Below, one piece after another: positions 13,613-25,228 of a stretch of 64,000 nt of DNA (position 1 is the first letter of the stretch; each line of letters starts with the position of its first letter). The translations under genes were made by a program, and so were the position numbers. Below the pieces are notes generated by a model, which searched no databases, had not been told where the DNA came from, and was given only the letters and a program-made list of their open reading frames with translations. Origin of the DNA: Geosiphon pyriformis uo1 (lineage: Eukaryota; Fungi; Glomeromycota); the NCBI GenBank assembly GCA_016748015.1, contig JAAOMT010000039.1, forward strand, positions 144,293 to 208,292, read 5' to 3'.

Positions 13613-15482
13613 TAAAAAGAAGAAGAGGCCAATGAACTCGAACCAGCACAAATCAGCTTTAACTTTGCCAAAACAGAACCAATAGAGGCCTCAAAAGCCA
13701 CCAACTTAGATTCCAAACAGCCAATCTTGGTAGTCAAGATCTTTGAACTACTCAGACCCAATGTTGAAATACTAAGAAAAGCAGAGGAGGGGGATGATAG
13801 TACCAACTCAGAATCATCCATGACCACATCCACAACCAAATCCTCTTTGGCAGCAATCAAAATAGCTGAGACTTTAGGGAGGAAGTTGAAGCTCACAGCA
13901 CCAATTTCATGTTGCTGAGTTTTTGCATAATGTCAGAGACTTGGTCAGTTAGCAATTCTAAGGATTGTTCTAAAAAGATCAAACAAGCATCCAAAAATGA
14001 ATTGTCAACCGAGATGGGAGGGATACTGTTATTTAAACCTGAGATGCTAGAAAGAGAGGAACTGAAACCAGAAACAAAGTGAAAACCATCAGAAAAACCA
14101 GCAAGTGAGACCATCTGGATCCAAAACTTATTACTAAAAGCAGCAGGGCAAGATATTAGAACACTCTTTTTCTCATACAACTTAGCCAACTGAAGATAAC
14201 ATTCATCAGATACAACTCTTATAAATGGTTTTTTTAAAGGCTTAGAGGTAGTTGCAACAGATGCATCACATTTTAGAGCAGAATGACCAAACTTCCCACA
14301 TCTCTCACACCAAACTAGATCCATTCTTGTCCAAGAAAGTCTAACACTACCAAGAATTGGCTTCATGCAAAAGACAGATTCCAGATTATTATCAGATTCA
14401 AAACCAACTACTGTACAGCAAATCCTATTGCCAGTTCCCAGAGATCTGTTTATGACACAAGTTTTCCCATTAGTCTTTTCCAGAAGAGTCCTAAGATTAT
14501 ATGCTGTTGTTCCTATCAACAGAGTAAACAACAGCACCCTGAACTGATCCTTTGATGTCCAGGTCTCACAATCCCCTACTGTTTTGGCTATATACACAGA
14601 GTTTTTACCAATCAGAAATGACCATTTTGAGGCCAATGAATTAGCTTGGTCTGATTCAGCAAACTCCACTACAGTCTTTTGCCACATTCTCATTAGTTGA
14701 ATTTTGATTGACTTAATTTCCCCAAATTCAGATACTGCGGTGACAATTATGTCCTTAGACATGTCTATGGAAATTTCCTTAATCACTACAGCTTGATCTG
14801 ATCTTATTTTTTGTTTCTTAAGATTGCCATTTATGTCAATCCCTTTTTCTTTGGCCAATGATGTGGCCATCTCCATGCTTTTTTCTGACATAAACATTAA
14901 TTGGATAATCCCTTCAAATTTTGAGGGGGTAGTGGCTCCCCCAAAACCATTGACTGTTGAAAAAATTTTCCTAATTAACTGAGTCTTTGCCATTGCTAAT
15001 TTACCTTCTACAGCTGAGAGATTAATATCCAAAGCAAATAACTTTCTAATTGACACTTCCACAGAAGTCTTAATAATTTTAGGATCAATCCACTTTTTTT
15101 CTAAAGAGATAGGCAAGTGAGAAAGAAGCACAACTTCATTATCATCCATATGAAAATTAGGAGAGCCAAGTGGAGAACCAAAACCAGCACCAGTGTTGAC
15201 TCACTTTGCCTTAAATGTAGTAGCAGCTGAACCTAAAAAAGACTCACCATTTGTTCCAGACATGCTAACATCCTCATCCTCACCAGATAAACTCTCCACA
15301 TCAAAATAAACACTGCCACTAGATCCAAATTTGCTCAAGGATATATCCCTTTTATTACCAAAATGTTTTACATTACCAAGAACAACTTTTTTCTTCTGAG
15401 AAAAGAAGCCACCAGCAGAACCGTGAAAAGCATCCTTAAGAGCCTTCTTCTTAGGTGCAGTGCTACTAGCAGTAGTCTCCAT
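13612..15482 (-). pseudogene. LINE ORF1 (gag-like, CCHC zinc knuckle), broken by stops
   Basis: ORF pieces 15201-15566, 13893-15149 and 13612-13896; ends in a TAA overlapping the ORF2 ATG. Confidence 0.85.
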
Positions 15483-15601
15483 ATCCACGAAAAATAGGTT
15501 ACTATTAGATAAAAAAATATTGATATAGACTAAAAAAACAAAAAACTTCTTTTTTAGAAAATGCACTTTTTGGAGATTTGTGGAAGTAAGAGAGAAAGAA
15601 G

Positions 15602-17277
15602 TTTTTTTTTATTTATTTTTATTATAAAATAAAAAAACTGTACTTATATTTTAAAATTTTTCTATTAAAAAAATTGTTCAAATTTAATATAAAAAAGTAT
15701 ATTTAAATATTAGATTTTTTGCCAAAATAATATTAAAAAAATATATTTTAAATAAACAGTTTTTTTATTTGGTTTAGCAGTTTTGTAGTTATTAAATTTA
15801 ATTTAAGTTTGTGTTTAAAAGTATATATAATAAGTAAAACTTGCTAATTAAGAAAAAATTAAAAATTAAAATCAACTTATTTCAAAATTTTTTTAATAAA
15901 GCAATGTATTTTCTTTGTTATACATTTTAAAAAAAAACTTTTATAATAACTTTTATAAATATTAATAATTCTTTAATAGATTTTTAATAATAAGTCAATA
16001 AATTTACTAATTTTAAAATTTTTACTAAAATATTATTTAGTTTTTGAACAATTTTTTGGTTAAAACAATAAAAATTTTTTGAAGTGTAATATTTTTTTTG
16101 CTAATATTGTTTAAATATGTTTTAATAATTAAAAAAATTTCTATTATTAAAAAAACTTGATTTTAAAACTTAATTTTTACTTCTATTATAAATTTTATTA
16201 AAAAAAATAGTTTTATAAATAAAAATTTGTTTGTATTATTTAACTTTGTTTTGTTAATATTTTTGATTTTTCTTATTTACTTAAACATTTAAGTGTTTTT
16301 AATACATATATGTTAAAATAAACTTAATTTTTACAATTACTGCTAAATAAAAAGATAATATATTAATAATATAAATAAAATAAGAATTTATTTATTAATA
16401 AGTTTTTAATAAAAGATTTTAATCTAATAAAAACTGATTTAATATAATATTTTAACAGTTATTTAAAAATTAACTTATTAAATTGTAATTTAATTAGTTT
16501 TTATATTTATTTTATAAAGACTTTATACAAAAAATATTTATTATTGTGAAAAATAAACTTTATAATTTCAGTTAATTTAATGAAAATTATGTTTGTTGTA
16601 GTTTATAAGAAAACTCTAATTACATATTTTTGTGTATTTTAACATTTTTATAAAAAAAACTATTATAAAAAACTGTTTAAGTAAGTAAATTATTTTGGCT
16701 AATATGTTATTTATGTGTTTATTTGTTTTTTAGTGCTAAATAACATTAATATTAATGATTATATATATATAACTATTGTCAAAAAATTTTGTTTTTAAGA
16801 ATTAGTTATTTTAAGTTGTTTGTATTATTAAAAATATTGTTAAAATTAGTTTATATATTATAAATTTTGTTTATAATATGATTGTATACCACAAAGTAAA
16901 TATTTAGTTGCTATATTTTAAGCTAAAAGCTAAGTATAAAAAAATAAGTTTAATTTTTGATAATAAATTGGTTTTGTTAATACTTGTGATTTAATTGTAC
17001 TTGGCTTTAGAGATTTTGTTCATAGAAAAAGTTTTGCTTAAGATTGGCTGGTTAGTTTTGGTCTTGTTATTGGTTTGCAATTAGTTTTTAATGTTTTTTA
17101 TAGTCTTATAAATGTTTTTAATAGTTTGAGTATATAATGTAGTCTTGATTGATTTAAGTATTGCTTATGTATAAAAAAGACATAGCCTATACTTATTTTA
17201 GAATTTTTAATAATTGTATTGTAGTAGATAGTTGGAATATATTTAATAAATAAATAATAATAATAATAATAATAATT
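15602..17277 (+). mobile_element. Old C/G-erased LINE, 3' part, ending in a (TAA)n tail
   Basis: About 15690-15790 reads VYLNIRFFAKIILKKYILNKQFFYLV, matching AHSDVQFFTNLILRKTILDKQFLYLM; 3' UTR aligns to the reverse complement of 8831-8970; (TAA)n at 17251-17277. Confidence 0.85.
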
Positions 17278-17636
17278 AAAATTACATTTTATTGCAAAAT
17301 AGGTGATAATTTACTATTTTAAATAATTTGAATTATTATAAGGTTAAATTCTAATTTTAAGTTTATAATTTTATGTCAGTTTACAAAAATTATCAACAAA
17401 ATATTTGTAAAATATAAGTTTGTAGATGCAAAAAATTAATAAATATTATTTTTATTTGTTAATTTGTTTTTATTTGCTGCAAACAAAAACTTAAATCATT
17501 AAAATTCATGTTTTATTATCAATTGAATTTAATACCAAACAATATAAATTATTTTTAATTTATATTGTTTAATTTACAATTAAATTTTTTTAAAATTTAT
17601 TATTTAATTTATTCACTATTTCTATTATTTTTATTA

Positions 17637-17672
<36 letters not shown>

Positions 17673-17759
17673 TGATTTTGCAACAATTTCAAAATTTGAT
17701 TAAATACAGTAATTAAATTATGCACATATTAATTTCAAATTTTTATCAAAATCCAAAAT

Positions 17760-18470
17760 TTTTCGCACACCGAAGTAGCAATATCCGATACCGAATGCAG
17801 CTCTGTCACTGATGACCTTTACAACAACCGCACCTTTCCACCAGAATCGACCTATCCTTATCCAATCTTCTGACCAGATCGATAATCTCAGCATCCTAAT
17901 TTCTGATCAAACCCTCCTTCTCATATAGGAACGCTTCTTAGCCGTATCCATCCAGACTCGTTGTCTCGGAAGATCCATGACCAATCTAACAAGTACCACA
18001 ACCTTGCCGTGGCTAGCTTTGCACACCCAAAATCCTATCCAAATCCACGAACCAATCGTTAAAAAACAAAACCCTTGGCCGGTACCACTGCTTGCCAACT
18101 TCAGATTTCCAAAAATCCTCAAAATCATTCAAAATTCAAAAACATGATCCGACGACTCTACTTCGCCACATCTAAAACATTTGGAGCTGGGATAATCCTT
18201 ATTGTATATTTTCATTCTCAACAACTCTCAATAAACCGCGGAGAACTTTCATTGCGTAACGAAATCCAGCCGACTTTCTTCTCGTGGTAGCCGACTTCAA
18301 AAGTGAATTTAGGTGCTAGACCATCACTATTTCGACGATATCACTGTCCACACATTTCTGCACTTTCTCAATTTTCTTAATAGCTTCATAAAAACCCTGA
18401 CATACCGCATAGCGCTGTAAAATATTGGAACACCGATACCGTTCACCAAAAACGGTTTTTCTCTAACCAA
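17760..18470 (-). mobile_element. 5'-truncated 3' fragment of a related LINE, CpG-retaining
   Basis: Reads KSAGFRYAMKVLRGLL..KIYNKDYPSSKCFRCGEVESSDHVF, the same C-terminal Zn region as YPSMVCIYCDLVKDSDHMFLC. Confidence 0.75.
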
Positions 18471-18650
18471 AAAATGTTCAGAAGGTTTAATTTTACGATA
18501 AAGAGTTCGCTCGCTTACATTATAAAAAGTTGCTAATTTATTTCAAGCATAGCCTTTTTTGTGTAAGTTGATTAAGTGCTGAGTTTCTAAGAAAAAATTT
18601 AATAACTTTGTATTATTCATATATTATTTTGTAAAATAATAAAAATCCTA

Positions 18651-18935
18651 TTAGACTGTTCCCAATATCAATTTAACACATCCCTCCATATCCATCATTT
18701 CCCTAACTGAAACTGGTTTGTTATTCTCATTTACTTGGTAAACTTGATATTTTCTCTTTTGACTAGTAGTTGCTATAACTCCAACCACCAATTTACTAGG
18801 AGGAACCAAAGCTCCTTTCTTTTCAGCTTCTTCCTTATAAAAACTTTCATTTTTAAACAATTTACGATCTAACTTGTCTTTCAAAAAATCTTTGCCGATA
18901 GTTTCAGATATTTTTAAAAGTAAACAATTTGACAA
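18651..18935 (-). other. Short ORF-like island (94 aa), possible gene fragment
   Basis: Coding-like composition inside AT-rich DNA; no recognised motif and no ATG start. Confidence 0.25.
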
Positions 18936-19504
18936 GAAATTGTCGATATAAAAAAATATTTTTGAAATTTTGAGTAAATATTTAAAATAAAAATATAATT
19001 TTAATAATTTGTAATTAGTACAATGCTTAATTACAATTATTTTGCAATTTATGTAATACTTATTTGTTGCATTTACATTCTATTTTAATTAAAATAAAAA
19101 AATAAGTTTAGATTACATGAATTCAATTTGATAAAAAAAATTTTACTTTTTTTTAAGTATATTATCTTAATTTTTGGTATAATAATAAATTGCTTTTAGA
19201 ATCAAAAAATTCAAATTATATTATAGAAAGCTAAATATTAATTATTATTTATTTAAAAAGTAAAAAAAATGTGGTCTAAATGCAAATAACTTGTAAAAAA
19301 GATTTTATCGTTTGTCCAATTTTTAAAAAAAATAATTAATTGATTAGTACTTTGAATTTTTCAATAAATTATGTACTTTTTGAATATGTTTTATTATTGA
19401 TTTAAAATAATTTTATCTAAATTTTTTGAATGTCAAAAATAAAAATTAAACTTATTTTTATTTACATCTTATTTTCTAAGTTTTGTTATTAAATAAAACT
19501 TAAA

Positions 19505-20193
19505 ATAAACGACAAATTCTTTATGGCATTCATGTCATCTTTTTATTACAGCATTTTCAGCTTCACATTTATCGTAGTTGCGCATTTTTTTTTGGAAGAT
19601 CACAACAAACCACAATTTAATTTTTAAATAAACATTAGAGTAAAAATTTAAAAGAAAATTTTTTAATTAATTTTGACAATGAAACATATTGCTTTCATTC
19701 TCTTCAAGAGAATATGTTATTAGATTAATACTCTAATTTTAAATCTTCCGGTTTGAATTTATCATATGTATCATATGTTTTATTTTCTTAACAAATTTAA
19801 ATTTTATTCTTATAAAAATAAATTCAATGTAACATCGAAATTTTAGAAAAATAAAAATTCTTTTGCATAAAAATCTTATGCTTTGGTAGGTGATGTTTTA
19901 TTTCCTTTGATTAAACTTTGGCTAAATCTCATTGAGAGCTTTCATTCTACATTGCAAAGACATATAACTTTGACTCACCAAAAATCTTTGTTGAAATATG
20001 ACCATTCCTTTCGGTGTAAAAAAATTTTTATCTCGACAAAAAAGTTAGAAAAGCATAGGGTCTTAAAATTTATACCTTGCATTAATATTAATATATATTG
20101 CATACCATTTTTCTACCGATGCGCGACAGAAAATACATCTTCATTTCCTATGCTATTATGTTAGTGCACTCTTTTAAACTTTTCTTAATCAAG
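19505..20193. repeat. Dispersed repeat, copy A
   Basis: Shares blocks (atggcattca, acaacaaac, tatgctttggta, aaagcat..gtcttaa, ttttcttaatcaag end) with 24096-25036 and 59359-60653. Confidence 0.8.
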
Positions 20194-20470
20194 AAAATAA
20201 TTTACCTACCAAGAATCACGAACATATAATTTCCACTTAACTTGATGATATCAATCTTAGCTATTCTAATATTTCTATCTCATCAATTTAAATAATATTA
20301 AACAAAGAGTTTGGCACAATTTAACAACATTTGGTCAACCCTAACGCCATTCAGACCATAAAAAACATGTTTTGCGGCACATTATTTATGAAAATTGGTT
20401 TGTTCCCCTTGATAATTCATAAATTAAATAAAGGTAAAATTTAATTATTCAAGTAAATCTAATATAATAA

Positions 20471-21143
20471 TACCATAGAGCACTGCTTATAGTATTAAGA
20501 CCGGAGACACTACACGATTTTATTTTGAAGATTGAATAAGACCCGAGTGTTTTATATATTTATTATATATTTGGTCTTCCTGACTTTTAATATATATTGC
20601 TTCATTTTCATTAGTTTCGTCAACATTATAATCCTCTATTCTATATTATGAATATTTTCATAATTATTCAAAGATAAATCATGTATTTTGCTTTCTTGTT
20701 AAAAATGAATTCCAATAGTATTAATACTATTAGATTGTACATGCGAAAATGGAGAAGTAATTTTTCCTCCAATCTTTCCATTTTATTTGAAATGCCACAA
20801 CATTTGAATGATCTTTGAATTGATGGAATTTCAATGCATTTTTCACCCATTTAGCCACTGTTGCATAGGATGGTCATTTAATTTTGCCAGAAGGAGTATA
20901 TTCTTTAATTTCATTTGCCATCCATTTATTATAAATGTGACAAATCTGTTAAAATTAATCAAATATTAGAATATATTTTAAAAATCATTTTAATTATCTT
21001 AGCTTTAAAAGGTTTACATAATTTGTGTTCGATTATTTTTTTGCTATCTTGTAAAGTATCCCCATGCATGTATAGTACTATTCAATTTTCTGATTAAAAA
21101 TTTTTGAATAATACCCGATTACTGTAGGCAGTGCCCTCTGGTA
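20471..21143 (-). mobile_element. Internally deleted pogo-family DNA transposon with TIRs and terminal TA
   Basis: 24-bp inverted ends taccatagagcactgcttatagta / tactgtaggcagtgccctctggta (4 mismatches); minus strand KPFKAK..YNKWMANEIKEYTPSGKIK*PSYATVAKWVK..IQRSFKCCGISN is a pogo/DDE_1 C-terminus. Confidence 0.85.
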
Positions 21144-21400
21144 ATTTATTTTAAATAGAATATATGTTAACTGACGCAGTAAAAATACTCGATGGCTATG
21201 GGAATAATATATTGTAGGGGTATATTGTTTAAATGAAAAATTTCAGATAAAAATCACGTTATCTGTGATAATCAATCGCAGATTAAAAAATAAAAGACTA
21301 CGCCATCAACTGCGCTACTAGTGACTCACGGATTTTGCTCAAGGTAAACAAAAATGTAGGCTGAGTTATAAAGACTAAGAATTGTGATTTCTGGAGATTC

Positions 21401-22909
21401 ATGGCGCCCCAAAAACTCCTTCACGCTTTATCTCGAGACTTCGGGACCTTATTGAATAACGAAATATTCGTAGATGTTAGGATTATCATCGGTGATGGTT
21501 CTAATACTAAAACTTTTCATGCTTATTCGCCGATTTTAGCAGCAAGATCCTCCTATTTTGCTGTAGCACTCTCTAGTAATTGGGTTAAAAGAGAAAATAA
21601 CACCATCATCTTCTCTAAGCCTAATATTTCACCACAAATGTTTGAGATGATACTTCGGTAAGTTTAGTTTGCTTAAAATATACTTGCTAATATTTTATTC
21701 ATACATTTGATTATTGTTTTATCTAGATATTTGTATAGTGGTGAAATATCTCTTAAGGAATACGGAGTACCTATAATATTAGAATTGCTTGTTGCCGCCG
21801 ATGAGCTTATTATGGAAGATCTAATTAGCCACCTTGAAGACTATCTAATTAAACAACATGAAGAAGAGTTGAAAGAAAACTTTTTCACTTTACGTGAAAC
21901 ATCCAATAGGCATGAATCTTTTAAAAAGCTCCAAGATTTTTTTACCAACATAACTGCTAGAAATCCAGCTGCAATCTTTAATTCAAAAGAGTTCACTAAC
22001 CTCAACAAAAGTGCTTTAGCTTCAATTCTATGCAGAGATGACCTTAATTTAGAAGAATCTCAAATATGGGAAAAGATTATAGAATGGGGAGTTGCCAAAT
22101 CGGGTAGCAATATTAAAGCAGAGGAAATTCTAAATTGGACAAATGAAAACTTTGAGGCCTTTAAGGAATCAATTGAAGAGCTTCTACCTTTAATACGGTT
22201 CTTTCATATATCCTCAACTGTATTCTATCACAAAGTAAAGCCATTTGGAAGAATTTTACCTAAAACTTTATATCAAGATCTTTTACATCATTATCTAGTA
22301 CCGGGTAGTCAGCAAAAATCTGTAGACGCTCAGCCATTTCGCCTTCAACTAGATATAGAATCGAAGCTTCTTTATTTGCATAATGTGAGGCAGCTTGATC
22401 ACTGGGTTCAGGACAAAGATAACAATACTCCTTTTCAAAACCAACTTGGAAATAGTTTTGACTTGTTACTTCGAGGCAGTCGAGATGGATTTACCCCAGG
22501 TGATTTTCATCGATTATGCAATCACAGAGGATCCACAATTAGTGTTATCAAAGTGAAAGAAACTGGTCAACTGATTGGTGGATATAGTCAAAATCCTTGG
22601 GCTTCTTGCAATAGTTGGATATATGGAACAGAAAGTTTTATTTTTTCTCTCGGAGATGGCAAAGCTGAAAATGCTAAACTTAGCAAATCAATTAACGAAC
22701 GGGGACCTTTTGATAAATCAACTTATGGACCCTATTTCGGTATGCGTAATATTGTAATAGGCGGTAGTGATTTTCAAAATAGTCCTGGATGCTATTGTCA
22801 TAATGATTCATCATATGAGGATGTAATAATGCCTGGTTCTGAAAATGAACGAGTGTCCTTCTTTGTTGAGGAGTATGAAGTTTTTAAAATCAGCGAAATA
22901 CGTTATTGA
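21401..22909 (+). CDS. BTB-BACK-TLD(c) domain protein (exons 21401-21657, 21727-22909; about 479 aa)
   Basis: BTB N-terminus, BACK (LCRDDLNLEESQIWEKIIEWG), TLD (LLLRGSRDGF..FHRLC..LIGGY..SFIFSL..YGPYFG..VEEYEVF); canonical intron. Confidence 0.95.
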
Positions 22910-24095
22910 GTTTTATACAATTCATTTTGCATTTTCTAAGCTATATATTAAATGGGGCTCTTTATTATTGTAATTTGCATTAGTAGAGTTATCCATAGCT
23001 TATTGATTTAAATCCCAAAATAAAGATATACAATTGAATATAAATATTATTTCACTTATCTTTATTTTACTTTGTGAAGTCTGCTATTAAAAACCTATCT
23101 TAAAACTTATATATAATCTTTAAATTTCATAAATTTATACAATTGGCTCAATAATATTAAAAAAGTTCCTACTTCTTTAAAATATAGTTTTAAATCACTA
23201 TAAAGAATGAGAGTTATTATTCGAGTTTTTACTAAGTAATGAGTGATTCTCAAGCCAAATGTAACTCGAAATTTCAATTTGTTCATTCTTCCCCTTTGAA
23301 TTTAAATTGACAAAGAATCAGAATATTTTTCTATTGAGCTTGCCCATATTCATCAGAAAATACAAATCAAAATAGTTTTCAGACCTTCGTAATATCATAT
23401 GTGTTACCCTATTCCTCCGAAACATTTTTCATATGATGAAATTAAATTTAATGAATCAAATTTAAGCCAATAAATTATTCAAATTCAATAATGCTTTTAA
23501 ATAAAGCACCTTTTTATCATTTATATTAATATTCTACTCGAAAAGAAGAAATTTATTTTGACTCATTTTTTTATGTTACATTATAAGTTCGACAATATGT
23601 ACCATTCAATTCTTATTCTTTTCTAAATAATGAGAAACTTTCATTGAAATATTATTTTATAATTTTTATAGTTTTCCTTAAAGTATTTAAAGTATAAAGG
23701 TATAATTTAGAATACTTACAAACTAAAAAGAGTTTTTCAATAAGATCATTTCAATTATTTAACTTCTAACAGTCGTAATCTTAAAAATAATAATAATAAT
23801 AAAAGTATAACCTTTATTATAACGTATTTAACTTTAATTTCAATTTCATATTACTTTTTTAACTTATACTTAGAAATGTGTGTTTATGTTGATATTATGT
23901 GACGAAATTTGAAAGTCATAATATGTAATCAATAATTATATAAATTGAAATTACATGTTAAAAGAAATTAAAATTTTGATATTTTTTTTAAGGATATCTG
24001 AGGATTGATATAACAATATTCTATAAAATAATCATTTCTTGATATTCCTCAAAAATAATTAGAAATTCAGATTTTAGAGTTATTATTAAAAATTG

Positions 24096-25036
24096 TTTAA
24101 TTTATTAGTAGTCCCAATGTATTTTTTAATCTATATTGTTCTTTTTTGGAATACTTAGACCTATCTACAATATAATCCTTCTTTTTATTGATAAATAACA
24201 ACTCATTTATGACATTCAAATTATATTTTTTATTAAAAAAATTTCAACTTCATATTTATTATAGTAACACATCTTTTTGAAAACTTACAACAAACAATAA
24301 TTTAATATTTATGGTAAAAGAAATCTAAGAAATAGAGAATAATTTTTTTTAATACATAATATGATTGATAAAAATATAATATTTTAATTTTATTTCAAAA
24401 GGATAAATCATTATTTATTTTAATAGTTTTAATATTTTAAATCATCTTGACTGAAATTTACTATATGAATCATATATCTAATTTCTTTTAATAAAGAATA
24501 ATGGTAAGAACATTTAGGTCTTTTAAATATTATTCTGATAAATAAGAAAATTTAATAAAATACGAAAATTTGTAAAAATGAGTGATTCTTTTCCATAAAG
24601 ATTTTATGCTTTGGTAAGTGATTTTATTTTTAGAAATATCATTTATATAAAAAGGTTGATTATAATACTTTAATAAAATATGCATTATAGAAAAAGACTA
24701 GTAAATAAAATTCTTTTTGCTTTATTATATCTAATTGAAAAAACATTTAAAATTTCCTAGAAATTTTTAATAAATTATAGGATGTAATATTCCATATTTC
24801 TTTAATTAGACTTTGATTAAATTTCATTAAAAACTTTTTATCTACATTATTGAAAAAACCTTGTTAAAATATCATCATTCTTTTCGGTACAAAGTAATTT
24901 TTATCTTAGCAAAGAAGTTATAAAAGCATGAAGTCTTAATATTTAAAGCTTATATTATTATAATATTGCATACATTTTTCTACAAAAAGTATTTTCTATC
25001 ATGTCAAAGTACTCATTCATATTTTTCTTAATCAAG
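24096..25036. repeat. Dispersed repeat, copy B
   Basis: Collinear similarity to copies A and C; same ttttcttaatcaag end. Confidence 0.8.
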
Positions 25037-25071
25037 GATTTTAACTATCAATATTTTGTTTTAATGACTGA

Positions 25072-25228
25072 TGTTGATCTACTTAAGGACCGGGAACTAG
25101 TCCAGCCCTTCTTTATATATCCGAATACCCCCTCCCAAATCTTATTACTAATTAACCGAATTAGTAAGCCGACTAGAATATTCCGGCATATTCAGCGAGT
25201 ATTCCTGATACGTCGCGAACTCGTGACA
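25072..25228 (-). mobile_element. Possible solo-LTR fragment
   Basis: GC-richer island beginning TGTCACGA on the minus strand with an internal TATATAAAG; no TSD found. Confidence 0.3.

Larger units (their letters stand above)
8831..15601 (-). mobile_element. Near full-length non-LTR retrotransposon (LINE) with gag-like ORF1 and APE-RT-RNase H-Zn ORF2; inactivated by stops
   Basis: ORF1 CCHC knuckle CERCGKFGHSALKC; APE motifs IATCNVRG, ETKL, GGDFN; RT GKAAGLSG, KPIAL, FVDD; RNase H VYTDGS, ELQAIALALE, FTDSQ, GNKHAD; C-terminal CIYC..DHMFLC; flanked by 14-bp direct repeats. Confidence 0.95.

Noticed and set aside
9465-14547. Plus-strand ORFs inside the LINE
   Set aside because: Antisense shadows of the minus-strand retrotransposon ORFs
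19883-20164. 93-aa ORF in dispersed repeat copy A
   Set aside because: Frame not preserved in copies B and C; no motif
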